A stretch of 64,000 bases of DNA, from positions 4,416,001 through 4,480,000 of the forward strand of contig OZ255842.1 of the NCBI GenBank assembly GCA_965277805.1. Reading direction: 5' to 3'. The notes under the pieces are model-generated. The model did not search any database. It was not told the DNA's origin and saw nothing but the letters and a program-made list of their open reading frames with translations. The DNA comes from Candidatus Lustribacter sp. Its GTDB lineage: Bacteria > Vulcanimicrobiota > Vulcanimicrobiia > Vulcanimicrobiales > Vulcanimicrobiaceae. Made by a program: the position numbers and the translations under genes. This document shows, piece after piece, positions 48,127 to 57,746 of the stretch (its first letter is position 1; every line of letters begins with the position of its first letter).

Positions 48127-49495
48127 TGACGCCGCGCCAGAAGCTCGCTGCCGCAGCGATCAACGCGACGCCGGCGGAGATCGTCAGCGTCACGACGATA
48201 GTGCCGCCCGTCACCTCGCTTCCGGTCCGGTGACTCTCGGCCGCGAAGACGATTGCGACGATGATGGCGCCAACCGTCTGTCCGACGACGCGCGCCAGAC
48301 CTTGTATCGCCTGCGCAGCCCCGCTGCGATCGCGCGGCGCGCTGCCTTGGATCGAGCGGTTATTCGGCGACTGAAAAATGCCGAAGCCGATACCGCAAAG
48401 CAGTAAGCGCCACGCGATGTCGAACGGCGCGCTGTTCGGCCCGATGAATGCGGCGCACAGCAAACCGATGCCGAAGATGCCCATCCCGATCGCCGCGAGG
48501 CGCGATGAATTGAAGCGATCGGCGAGCCTGCCCGCGAACGGTGCGACCGCCGCCGACGCGAGCAGCCACGGCAGCAGTAGCAACGCGAACTGCAGCGGCG
48601 TGTAGCCCATCGCCATCTGCAACGCAAACGGCAGCGCTACGTAGGCGACCGTTTGCGCAACGAACGAGGCGAAGCACGCAAACGCGGCCAGCGAGAAACG
48701 CATCTCCGCGAAGAGATCTACCGCGAACATCGGCAGCGGCATCGCCAGCTGACGGCGGAAGAAGACGACGCCCGCGACGATAGCCGCAACGATCTCCATG
48801 ATGCCGAGCGGCGTCGGGCCGTCGTGCCCAACGGTGTCGATCCCGACGATCCCGAGACCGAACACGAGGACGCTCATCGCAGCACTTACCACATCGTAGC
48901 CGCGCTTGCTGCCCGGCGTGCGCGGAATCGTCAGCACTGCCAATGCCAAACCGAATGCACCGATCGGGACGTTGATTGCGAAGAGCCACTGCCACGGTGC
49001 CACGGAGAGCACCAAACCGCTAACGATCGGCCCCGCTGCGGAGCCCAGTGCGACCGACATCGACGCGAAGCCCGTGGCGCGTCCAAGCATCTTCGGCGGA
49101 AACGCGAGCCGGTTGATCGGCGGTCCGCTCACCGTGAGCGCCGCACCCGAAAGGCCTTGCACGAAGCGAGCGACGGAAAGCGCTACCAGCGTATGCGAAA
49201 GCGAGCACGCCAGCGATGCGATCATGAAGCCGATCAGGCTCAGTTGATACAGCCGCCAGTAACCCATGATGTCGGCAAGCTGCGAAAGTGGCACGATACC
49301 GATCACCATGCCGAGCTGGAATCCGTTGACGATCCAGATCGAGGCCGCCGCGCTTGCGTTGATGTCGCGTGCGATCGTCGGCAACGCGACGTTGGCGATC
49401 GTGGTGTCGACCATCGTCAGAATCGTCATCAGCGAGGTCGTGAGAATGACCCACTTCCGCTTCGACGGCTCGACGGTTCCGGCTAACTCCTCCAC
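48092..49495 (-). CDS. MFS transporter, DHA2-like
   Basis: DTTIANVALP, WQWLFAINVP, GIFQSPNN. Confidence 0.9.
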   Translation of the reverse strand: MEELAGTVEPSKRKWVILTTSLMTILTMVDTTIANVALPTIARDINASAAASIWIVNGFQLGMVIGIVPLSQLADIMGYWRLYQLSLIGFMIASLACSLSHTLVALSVARFVQGLSGAALTVSGPPINRLAFPPKMLGRATGFASMSVALGSAAGPIVSGLVLSVAPWQWLFAINVPIGAFGLALAVLTIPRTPGSKRGYDVVSAAMSVLVFGLGIVGIDTVGHDGPTPLGIMEIVAAIVAGVVFFRRQLAMPLPMFAVDLFAEMRFSLAAFACFASFVAQTVAYVALPFALQMAMGYTPLQFALLLLPWLLASAAVAPFAGRLADRFNSSRLAAIGMGIFGIGLLCAAFIGPNSAPFDIAWRLLLCGIGFGIFQSPNNRSIQGSAPRDRSGAAQAIQGLARVVGQTVGAIIVAIVFAAESHRTGSEVTGGTIVVTLTISAGVALIAAAASFWRGVITGSIPLARAS

Positions 49496-49537
49496 GCGAC
49501 CGGTTTCCCGAGAGGTAGCGTGAAGGCCCGCGTGCGC

Positions 49538-50851
49538 CTAGGGCGTGATGCGACCGGTGCGCGAGCATGCGCGCGCCACCGCATCTGCCAGACGATCGGC
49601 ATCGTCGTCCGTAAGTGTGGTCGTGACGATGCGCACGGCGGGGGGGCTGTTGAAGCGATAGCGTGAGCCCGAATCAACGGCCCAGCCCTCGGCATCGAGC
49701 ATGCGCACGACCTGCAACTCATCGCCTACGGGCAGCCACACTTGCAACCCGTCGCCGTCGTCGATCGGGAGACCGCGAGCGCGGAGTGCTCGCGCGAACC
49801 GCAGCCGTCGAGCGGCATAAGTCTTCAGAGCGGTTTTAACGATCTTCTGTGCGCCCGGATCGGTGAGCATGGCCGCGGTTGCGGCCTGCAAGATCCAGCT
49901 CACCCAACCGGCTGACAAGGCTTGGCGCTGCTGCATGCGCTCAATCGTGAGTGCGTCGCCCGCGGCAAATGCGACGCGCAGATCCGGCCCCAGCGTCTTT
50001 GCGACCGAGCGCACCATCATCCAACGCGGTACGTTGCCGGCAATGGCGGACAGCGGCGTTGCGGTAAGCATAGAAACGTAGTCGTCCTCGATCACGAGCA
50101 GGTTCGGGGAACGGTGCAACTCCTTGACCAGCGCGTTCACTCGCCGCTGGTCGAGAGCGGCACCGGTCGGATTTTGTGCGCGCGGGATCGTGATCAATGC
50201 TTTCGCACCCGCGCGGATCGCCGTCGCTAGCGATTCGGGCACCATGCCGCGCTTGTCGATGGCGACCGGCAAGACTTGCAGGCGGAGCTCCGCGCAGAGT
50301 TGCCGGTACGGCGGGTACGTCGGGTCTTCCAGGGCGATTTTATCGCCCGGCACGAGATGCGTGAGCAGCGCCAATTGGCAAGCATCGGCAGCGCCGGAAG
50401 CGATCATCATCGCGTCCGAAGAGATACCGTCGGCCGCAAGACGCGCGACGGACGCCGCCCGTAGGCCGGGGTGCAGCCGTTCATCGCCGTACAGGCGCCC
50501 CTCGGAAATTGTGCGCTCGACGAACGGACGCAAGGGCGGCAACAGCGCCGGATCCGGATTGGCAGCCACCAGATCACGCACGCCGGGCCGAATGGCCGGC
50601 GCGCCCGCCGTCGGGACCTTCGCAAGCGAGATGACGCGCGAACCGCCACGGCGGTTGCCGCCGATGCGCCCACGCGTGCGCAGTTGCGAATATGCGGCGT
50701 TTACCGTCGTCGGAGAAACGGCCAGCGTCTCGGCGAGCTCGCGAATCGTCGGCAGCGTTCCGTCGTTCCCGAACGCACCGTCGTCGATCGCCCGCTCGAT
50801 GCTGTCGGCAATCGCACTAGCGCTCTTGCCGAGAATCTGGTATTGTACCAT
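49538..50851 (-). CDS. MocR/GabR family regulator (GntR HTH plus PLP aminotransferase-like domain)
   Basis: LPTIRELA..VSPTTV, AQNPTG, IEDD, RSVAKTLGPDLR. Confidence 0.92.
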   Translation of the reverse strand: MVQYQILGKSASAIADSIERAIDDGAFGNDGTLPTIRELAETLAVSPTTVNAAYSQLRTRGRIGGNRRGGSRVISLAKVPTAGAPAIRPGVRDLVAANPDPALLPPLRPFVERTISEGRLYGDERLHPGLRAASVARLAADGISSDAMMIASGAADACQLALLTHLVPGDKIALEDPTYPPYRQLCAELRLQVLPVAIDKRGMVPESLATAIRAGAKALITIPRAQNPTGAALDQRRVNALVKELHRSPNLLVIEDDYVSMLTATPLSAIAGNVPRWMMVRSVAKTLGPDLRVAFAAGDALTIERMQQRQALSAGWVSWILQAATAAMLTDPGAQKIVKTALKTYAARRLRFARALRARGLPIDDGDGLQVWLPVGDELQVVRMLDAEGWAVDSGSRYRFNSPPAVRIVTTTLTDDDADRLADAVARACSRTGRITP

Positions 50852-50869
50852 TAGATCGATATTTTGTAC
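50838..50869. promoter_or_regulatory. Putative MocR operator
   Basis: TGGTA-TTG-TACCA palindrome over the start codon, plus TTGTAC direct repeats at 50843 and 50864 (21 bp apart). Confidence 0.5.
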
Positions 50870-50887
50870 TGTAACATATAAACCCTT

Positions 50888-51313
50888 GTGACCAACATGC
50901 TAAACGACTACACATTGCTCATCATTGCGCGCGAACGCCAGGAACAGATCCGACACGAGTTTGCTCATGGCGCACGTACGAAGATGTGGACCCGCGCGGC
51001 GTTGCTGACTGCGTTCTTCACGACGACGATCGCCGCCGCGTATTCCGGCAATCGCACGGGGACGCTCTCGGGCGTCGTCCTGGATCACCGCAATCGCCCG
51101 GTGTCCGGCGCCGCCGTCTTCCTGAGCGCTCTGGCGCGATGCTGCACGGCGAAAACGGACCATGCCGGCCGCTTCGCGATCAGCTGCGCGGCCGGCGGCG
51201 GGTACACCGCGCGCGTTCATAAGGATGGCTTCGTTGATGCCGTGCTGCCCAACGTTGGAACGATCGCCGGTGTCGCAGTCGATGTGGGCGTCGTGCCGCT
51301 GACGCCGCGCTAA
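50888..51313 (+). CDS. Carboxypeptidase-regulatory-like domain protein (alternative start 50984)
   Basis: TGTLSGVVLD..RPVSGAAV..TDHAGRF..GGYT...KDGF. Confidence 0.7.
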   Translation: MTNMLNDYTLLIIARERQEQIRHEFAHGARTKMWTRAALLTAFFTTTIAAAYSGNRTGTLSGVVLDHRNRPVSGAAVFLSALARCCTAKTDHAGRFAISCAAGGGYTARVHKDGFVDAVLPNVGTIAGVAVDVGVVPLTPR

Positions 51314-51334
51314 TGCCGCTGCCGAGGCGGATGC

Positions 51335-51499
51335 TTACGGTTCGATGCGTCCGCGGTTATTGATGAAGACGTACCACAGAATCAAGAGTGCCAGCAGCGT
51401 CCCGAAGCCGTAACCGAACAGGTTCTGCATCGCCGGAACGAACAATTCGAACACGACGTAGAGGACGATGATCAGGAGAAGCAGGTAGCGCAAGCTCAT
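51335..51499 (-). CDS. 54-aa two-helix membrane protein (below the ORF track cutoff)
   Basis: MSLRYLLLLIIVLYVVFELFVPAMQNLFGYGFGTLLALLILWYVFINNRGRIEP; AAGGA RBS. Confidence 0.65.
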   Translation of the reverse strand: MSLRYLLLLIIVLYVVFELFVPAMQNLFGYGFGTLLALLILWYVFINNRGRIEP

Positions 51500-51543
51500 G
51501 TTGTCCTTCTACCAAAAAGGCAGGCGGCTGAAACCCGAGGCCG

Positions 51544-51960
51544 ATGACTAACGTCCTTCGCGCGGTCGTGGCGCTCTTGTGCTGCCTCGGATTCCTCGCG
51601 GCCCAGCAGATGTACAAGAAGAGCCTAAGGGCCGAACGCGGCGAGCTCGATGAACCGAGCATCGTCGAAGAATCGCATGCTCGGCTTTTTTTCGGTCAAC
51701 CGAACGCGCTCTTCGGCTGCTTTTACTTTCCGCTGCTGCTGCTCGGAGTCGTGCTTTATGGCCGGTTGGAGCCGCGCGGGGCAGCGGCTGCACTCGCAAC
51801 GCGCTGGCTCGTCCTCGCGGCGCTCGCGGTGGCGACGGGGACGTCGATTTTCTTGGCTTATAGCCTCGCCTTTATCACGAAACGCGAATGCCCATATTGC
51901 TGGACCAGCCATCTCGTTAACTTCGTGTTGCTTCTTACCGTGCCGTGGACAATGTTTTGA
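51544..51960 (+). CDS. Vitamin K epoxide reductase (VKOR) family protein
   Basis: SHARLFFGQPNALFG, CPYCWTSH, about four TM segments. Confidence 0.8.
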   Translation: MTNVLRAVVALLCCLGFLAAQQMYKKSLRAERGELDEPSIVEESHARLFFGQPNALFGCFYFPLLLLGVVLYGRLEPRGAAAALATRWLVLAALAVATGTSIFLAYSLAFITKRECPYCWTSHLVNFVLLLTVPWTMF

Positions 51961-52177
51961 ACGCACCCATCATGCAGACGTGCTTCGTCCAAACCGCGCT
52001 TTCCAGTCCCGTGCCGTCAATCGGAGAATCACGACCGGCTTCAGAAACAACGATCGGCGCGATCGATAAGCGCGGCGTGCGAATCTGTATCGAGTTCGTC
52101 ATCGGGCCGGTCCGGTTGCGGGCACTTTTGTTTCTGTAGCCAAGCCAGGGACATCCCCTTCTGACGCGGAGGACGCG

Positions 52178-52951
52178 ATGATCGACTTGAGTGGTAAGAC
52201 CGCACTCGTGACGGGCGTTGGTCCGAATATCGGGCAGCAGATTGCGAAGACGCTGGCACTCGGCGGAGCGGCCGTCGCCTGTAACGATCTGCACGAGAAA
52301 CAAGCCCGCGCAGTTGCTGCGGAGATCGCCGCGGCCGGCGGAAAAGCGATCGCGGTACCCGGCGACGTAACGAATGCGGTTGACGTGGAACGCATGCTTA
52401 ACGCGGCCGAAGGCGCGTTTGGGCTCGTCGATGTCCTGGTGAACAACGCATTTTTCCTCACCCGCGAGGCCCGCCTCACGACGATCACGGTCGATGCCTG
52501 GCACCGGACGATCGAGACGATCCTGACCGGCACGTTCCTCACGAGCCGGGCGTTCGTGCAGCGTCTGCTCGCCGCCAAGAAGCCCGGCGCCATCGTGAAT
52601 CTTGGATCGACGTCGGGACACCGCGGGCGGGCCAACGCCATCGCGTACTCGACGGCCAAGGGCGGCATTTTGAACATGACGCGCTCGATGGCGGTCGAAC
52701 TCGCACCCTACGGGATCCGCGTGAACTCGGCGTCGCCGACGCGCACGCTAAGCGGAGAGCTGCCTCCCGGCGACCATTCGAGTCCGGACAACGTGCCACT
52801 CGGGCGGTTGGGCAAACCTGAAGACATCGCCGAAGCGATCGCGTTCCTCGTCTCCGATCACGCGCGCTTCATAACCGGTGAAGACCTGCGCGTCGACGGT
52901 GGCACGCAAGCGACATGGGGAAGCCTCATGCCCGCCGAGGCGCAGTCGTGA
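52178..52951 (+). CDS. Short-chain dehydrogenase/reductase
   Basis: TGVGPNIG, VNNA, YSTAK, ITGEDLRVDGG; GGAGG RBS. Confidence 0.93.
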   Translation: MIDLSGKTALVTGVGPNIGQQIAKTLALGGAAVACNDLHEKQARAVAAEIAAAGGKAIAVPGDVTNAVDVERMLNAAEGAFGLVDVLVNNAFFLTREARLTTITVDAWHRTIETILTGTFLTSRAFVQRLLAAKKPGAIVNLGSTSGHRGRANAIAYSTAKGGILNMTRSMAVELAPYGIRVNSASPTRTLSGELPPGDHSSPDNVPLGRLGKPEDIAEAIAFLVSDHARFITGEDLRVDGGTQATWGSLMPAEAQS

Positions 52952-53874
52952 TCGGCATGTCGCGCGCCGTGTTCACCGCCGGCGCCGGTGCGGCGCTGTG
53001 GATGGCCGGCGTGCAACGCGGCTCGGCCATAGGGCAAATTCGAGCCGGCGTGAGTTCCGAAGACGGCTACGAAGCGTGGTATGCCCTCGAAACCGGGCTG
53101 TTCTCCAAAGCCGGGCTCGACGTCCAGAGTCAGATGGTCCAGAACGGGCCGGCCGCCGCGGCCGCAATCATCGGCGGCTCACTCGAAATTGCTGCGGGCA
53201 ATATCGTTTCCGTTGCGCAAGCGCACGATCGCGGACTGCCGGTCGTCCTGCTCGCGCCGTCGGTGCTTTACGTCGGTGCCGCCGCGAACAACGCGCTTGT
53301 CGTGTTACGCGACAGCCCGATTCGCACGGCAAAGGATCTTGAGGGCAAGCCGATCGGATCGTTCAGCCTGCAAGGCATCCTCGGGCTAGCGACGTCGGCA
53401 TGGATTGACAAAAACGGCGGAGACTCGAAGCGCGTGCAGTTCATCGAAATCGCCGCGGCGCAAACGGTAGCGGCCCTGCAGCGCGGCACGATCGCGGCCG
53501 GGATCATGATCGACCCCTTTCTCACGACAGCCGGCGATCAGGTTCGCATCATAGCGCGGCCGGAAGATGCGCTTGGGTCACGGCTGATTTCGACCGGCTG
53601 GTTTACGACCAGCGACTGGGCCAATCAGAACGCCGTCGCTGCGCGTGCCTTTGCAGCGGCGATGGCCGACGCGGCCCGGTGGGCCAACGATCCGAAGAAT
53701 CGCTCGCAAGCCACCGACATTGTCGCCAAGTACCTCGGGCGCCGCGTGGACCTCGGCAAGCAATTCTACGCGCTATCGTTTGACAGCGACCCGGCGCAGC
53801 CGATCCTCGATGCCGCCTATCACTACAAGTTCATCAACCATCCGGTGACGGTCGAGCAGCTGGTCTGGCGCTAA
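52948..53874 (+). CDS. NitT/TauT-type substrate-binding protein, close paralog of 11814..12746
   Basis: DGYEAW, SPIRTAKDLEGK, ARWAND, KYLGR.VDLGK.FYA. Confidence 0.9.
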   Translation: MIGMSRAVFTAGAGAALWMAGVQRGSAIGQIRAGVSSEDGYEAWYALETGLFSKAGLDVQSQMVQNGPAAAAAIIGGSLEIAAGNIVSVAQAHDRGLPVVLLAPSVLYVGAAANNALVVLRDSPIRTAKDLEGKPIGSFSLQGILGLATSAWIDKNGGDSKRVQFIEIAAAQTVAALQRGTIAAGIMIDPFLTTAGDQVRIIARPEDALGSRLISTGWFTTSDWANQNAVAARAFAAAMADAARWANDPKNRSQATDIVAKYLGRRVDLGKQFYALSFDSDPAQPILDAAYHYKFINHPVTVEQLVWR

Positions 53875-54173
53875 GCCAGGAACGACAGAAGCTCATCGCA
53901 CACGTCGTCGTAGGACCGCGCAGTCGTACTGAATTCTCGGTAGTCAATGCTGCCGGCCGTTCGCAGCCTTGCGTAGAAGCTGATGAGGTCGTTTTGCCAT
54001 CGAGAGTAATGCGATTCTACGGCATTTTCATCGCCGATTGAGTTGAGATAACGGTTCCACTCCTCGTTCCGGCGACCACGGGTATCGGCAATACGAGCCG
54101 GAAAGCTCGAGCACTCGCTCAGTATAGTGCTCGCCCAGCACGAGTTTCGTGCAACTCGGCCGCTGAATGGCAA
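53871..54173 (-). pseudogene. Hypothetical ORF or gene remnant
   Basis: The C-terminal ~65 aa look protein-like; the N-terminus does not, and there is no RBS. Confidence 0.3.
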
Positions 54174-54204
54174 GGGCCTTCGACGATCAGGCCGCGCATC
54201 GGCT

Positions 54205-54960
54205 CTAGCGCGACGCGGTCGTCGACCGTTTTATAAACTGAGAGAAATCATTGGCCGGCATTGGGCGTGCGTAGAGATACCCTTGGCCGAGTTCGCAGCC
54301 GAGCGCGCGTAGCGCCGCCGCCTGTTCTTCCGTCTCGATGCCCTCGGCCATCGTCGCAAAGGAGAAGGCGCGCGCGATCGATAGAAGCACTTCGACGAGG
54401 GACTTGTCTTGTCTGTCGTGCGGCAGGCCGCTAACAAACACGCGATCGATCTTGAGCACGTCGATCGGCAAGTGCTTGAGATGCTGAAGTGAGGTGTAGC
54501 CGGTGCCGAAGTCGTCGAGCGCGATGAAGAGGCCGGCTTTGTGCAACGCGTTCATGATGGTCAACGTCTCGCCGACGTCCTTCATCGCCACGCTCTCGTT
54601 GATCTCGACACCAATGCCCCACAGATCGCCGCCAAGCGCGTTCAAGCGTGTAAGGAGCCGTGGATCCTTGAACTCGGCATCCGACAAATTGAACCAGATG
54701 TGAAAGTCCGGATCAGCGGTGCGCCAGGGACGGGAGAGCCGCGCTGTTTCTTGCATGACCCATGCGCCGATCTCCGTAACGAGACCGACCTCCTCGGCGA
54801 ACGGGATGAAGGCAGCAGGTGCGAGGAGACCCTGATCGGGGTGCTGCCAGCGAATCAACGCTTCCGCACCCTCGACCTTGCCGTTAACGAGGCTAACGTG
54901 AGGTTGGAAATAGAGGACGAATTCATTGCGGTCGAGGGCCGCCAGTAGGGCATCTTTCAC
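54205..54960 (-). CDS. Stand-alone EAL-domain c-di-GMP phosphodiesterase
   Basis: FQP, EALIRW, NLS, EINE, DDFGTGY, KIDR, EGIE, QGY. Confidence 0.93.
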   Translation of the reverse strand: MKDALLAALDRNEFVLYFQPHVSLVNGKVEGAEALIRWQHPDQGLLAPAAFIPFAEEVGLVTEIGAWVMQETARLSRPWRTADPDFHIWFNLSDAEFKDPRLLTRLNALGGDLWGIGVEINESVAMKDVGETLTIMNALHKAGLFIALDDFGTGYTSLQHLKHLPIDVLKIDRVFVSGLPHDRQDKSLVEVLLSIARAFSFATMAEGIETEEQAAALRALGCELGQGYLYARPMPANDFSQFIKRSTTASR

Positions 54961-55028
54961 GGGTCGCTTTGCCCTTGGGCGCGGCGGGGTCGATGCCCTT
55001 CGCTTGGGGCCGGGACCGCAGCGGTTGC

Positions 55029-56198
55029 CTACACCGTCATAACTACCTTCTCGCAGTTATCCGCATGTCGCTGAAATTTGTCGTAAGCTGCGGGAGCATC
55101 GTCGAGCGTGCAGCGATGAGTGATGATCGCGCTCGGATCGATGTCGCCCTTCTCGATGCGGTCGAAGAGCGGCCGCAGATATCGGTGCACGTTCGTCTGT
55201 CCCATTTTGAAGGTCAAGCCCTTACCGAATGCCGCACCCATCGGAATTGCGTCGACGAAGCCCGTGTACACTCCGGCGAGTGAGAGCGTTGCGCCTTTGC
55301 CGGCGGCGTGGATCATTTCGCGTAACACGTGCGGCCGGTCGGTCTCGAGTTGCACGGCTTGTTTCACCTGATCGAGGGCGGCCATGGCCGTGATACCGTG
55401 GGCCTCCATTCCCACCGCATCGATGCACGCGTCCGGCCCGCGACCGCCGGTTTGTTCGTGCAAAAATTCGACCACATTGACGGTATCGGGATCAACGGCG
55501 ATCGCGCCGCCAAAACGCGAGGCGAGATCCCGGCGGTAGTCAAAGCGGTCGAAGGCGACGACCTTCTCCGCCCCGAGCATGTAGGCGCTCTTCACGGCAA
55601 ATTGTCCGACGGGTCCGCAGCCCCACACGGCGACGACGTCGCCAGCCTTGATGCCGCACTGCTCGGCGGCTTGATATCCGGTCGGCAATATGTCGCTGAG
55701 GAACAGCACCTTCTCGTCGGAGATGTCACTTTCGATCTTGAATGGTCCGACGTCGGCGAAGGGTACGCGCACGTACTCGGCTTGCCCGCCCGCATATCCG
55801 CCGAACAAATGCGAATACCCGTAAAGTGCCGACGGCGCGTAGCCGTACGCAGCCTCCACCAAGTATGCGTTCGGGTTGCTGTTGTCGCACAGCGACGTGA
55901 AGCCCTTGACGCAGGCTTCGCACGCACCGCAGGCAATCGGAAATGGTACGACCACCCGGTCACCCACTTTAAGTGACGTGACGGCAGAGCCAACCTCCAC
56001 GACGTGCCCCATGAACTCGTGCCCGACAACGTCGCCCTTCTCGAAACCCATCACGCGACCGTTGTAGAAGTGCAAATCCGATCCGCAGATCGCCGTTGAC
56101 GTTACTTTTACGATCGCATCACGAGGATTCAGAATTTCCGGATCCGGGACTGTCCGGACATCGATCTTGTGACGTCCTTGCCATGTCACCGCTTTCAC
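55029..56198 (-). CDS. Zinc-dependent alcohol/aldehyde dehydrogenase (YbdR/formaldehyde dehydrogenase-like)
   Basis: AICGSDLH, GHEFMG, CGACEAC..C, GCGPVG. Confidence 0.92.
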   Translation of the reverse strand: MKAVTWQGRHKIDVRTVPDPEILNPRDAIVKVTSTAICGSDLHFYNGRVMGFEKGDVVGHEFMGHVVEVGSAVTSLKVGDRVVVPFPIACGACEACVKGFTSLCDNSNPNAYLVEAAYGYAPSALYGYSHLFGGYAGGQAEYVRVPFADVGPFKIESDISDEKVLFLSDILPTGYQAAEQCGIKAGDVVAVWGCGPVGQFAVKSAYMLGAEKVVAFDRFDYRRDLASRFGGAIAVDPDTVNVVEFLHEQTGGRGPDACIDAVGMEAHGITAMAALDQVKQAVQLETDRPHVLREMIHAAGKGATLSLAGVYTGFVDAIPMGAAFGKGLTFKMGQTNVHRYLRPLFDRIEKGDIDPSAIITHRCTLDDAPAAYDKFQRHADNCEKVVMTV

Positions 56199-56674
56199 GC
56201 GCGCACCGCTTTCGGAACTTCGCCGGCTTCGGCCAGCGCCTTGAACGCCCGCAACGACTCCATCGCAACTTGCGCTGGTGAGGCGCCGTACAGACGCTGA
56301 AAAGCCGCAACGGCCGGTGCGCCCGGACCCTCGAGATGCACGCTCAGCCGGACCTCCGTTCCGCGATCGGCCGGGGCGGGTGCGAATGTCACCGCACCGC
56401 CGCCGGGATACGGCACGCTGCGGTTGTTCCGCCATTCCAGGCGCTTCGCGGGCGCGTCTTCAATGAGTTGAACGTCGCGATCGCCGCGAAACACGGACGG
56501 CAGCGGCCCGGATGCACGCCAAAGCGCGTCCAACCGTTGTGCGTCGGCGCGGATGGTTACCGTACGCGAAGCTCGCGCGCGGGTGCTTGCCACGTCGGCA
56601 GATTTGCGGTTGAGGGCAACGGCAAGGCCGAGCGCCCCGAGTCCCAGAGCAACGGTGGCGCCTTTATTCATCAT
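56195..56674 (-). CDS. SRPBCC/polyketide-cyclase-like domain protein
   Basis: VTFAPAPADRGTEV, LRAFKALAEAGEVP; N-terminal hydrophobic anchor. Confidence 0.8.
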   Translation of the reverse strand: MMNKGATVALGLGALGLAVALNRKSADVASTRARASRTVTIRADAQRLDALWRASGPLPSVFRGDRDVQLIEDAPAKRLEWRNNRSVPYPGGGAVTFAPAPADRGTEVRLSVHLEGPGAPAVAAFQRLYGASPAQVAMESLRAFKALAEAGEVPKAVRA

Positions 56675-57624
56675 GTGGGCATTTCATTCTGTGTGCGTGC
56701 TCGCGTTTGCGTCGCCGCGGTGAGTGGTGATGGGGAAATGACTGAGTGACTATCGGCGCCCCGGCGCGCGCTGCGGCCGATACCGCCCGACGGAGGGAGA
56801 ACCCGCGCGACGAGCGCCAGCAGATCGGTGACGGGTCCTGGAAGCGCGCCGTGGACGAGCTGAACGATGCGTGCCGGCACCGATATGGTCACTTCCGCGG
56901 CGCCTCGTTGCGTCGCATCTACGATTGCCTGTGCTGCTTCGCGCACGTCAACGCTGAGAAACGGCAACGAATCGAGAATGCTGAACCACGCGTATTCCAG
57001 CCGGTTCCGTCCTTTGAACCACGCTTTCTCCGGACTTCCGGTGCGCATGAGTCCGGGAATAACCGTGGTAACGTACACGCCGTCCCGCAGCAGTTCGGCA
57101 CGCAGCCCTTCAGAGAAGCCGACGAGCGCGAACTTGCTCGCGCTGTACGGCAATAGATGTGGAACGCTGACGCGACCGCCGATCGATGCAATGTTGACGA
57201 TCCGGCCGTCACGGCGTGCGCGCATGGCCGGCTTGAGCGTCTCGATCGCGTAGAACGGAGCCCAAAAGTGGGTGTCCATCGCGTCTCGGTAGTCATCCTC
57301 GGTGAATGCGTCGAGCGGGCCGACCGCTATGGTCCCGAGGTTATTAACGAGTACGTCGATGGGGCCGAGCTTTGCTTGCGCAGTCTGCAAAGCGCGTTCA
57401 CTTTCAGCTCGCTGACGCATATCCGCTGCGATCGTGAAGGCCGTGACGCCCGCAGCTGCAAGGTTCGCGCGCGCGCGTTCCAGTTCTGCCGGGTCCCGAG
57501 CGCTTATCGCAATTCGCGCGCCGCGTTGCCCAAAGACGCGGGCAAGTTCCAGGCCGAGCCCGCGCGAGCCGCCGCTGATAAATACCGTGCGATTGCGTAC
57601 GTCGTAATCTCGCCTGAACGCCAT
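56671..57624 (-). CDS. Short-chain dehydrogenase/reductase
   Basis: SGGSRGLG, VPHLLPYSASK, PGLMRTGS. Confidence 0.92.
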   Translation of the reverse strand: MAFRRDYDVRNRTVFISGGSRGLGLELARVFGQRGARIAISARDPAELERARANLAAAGVTAFTIAADMRQRAESERALQTAQAKLGPIDVLVNNLGTIAVGPLDAFTEDDYRDAMDTHFWAPFYAIETLKPAMRARRDGRIVNIASIGGRVSVPHLLPYSASKFALVGFSEGLRAELLRDGVYVTTVIPGLMRTGSPEKAWFKGRNRLEYAWFSILDSLPFLSVDVREAAQAIVDATQRGAAEVTISVPARIVQLVHGALPGPVTDLLALVARVLPPSGGIGRSARRGADSHSVISPSPLTAATQTRARTQNEMPT

Positions 57625-57746
57625 GGATGAAACGTACCCAGTTCGCATTGCGGGTACGCAGTCTGTGGCGACGACGCGGCGCGCGCCGCCTTCTTGACTG
57701 CGCTACCGGCGGGCTATCGCTATGTCGTCCTCTCGGAAACCGAAGG

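Noticed and set aside
51935-52102. 55-aa minus ORF starting MTNSIQIRTPRLSIAPI, like a RimJ/RimL GNAT N-terminus
   Set aside because: Similarity is limited to about 15 residues; it may be a remnant but cannot be supported
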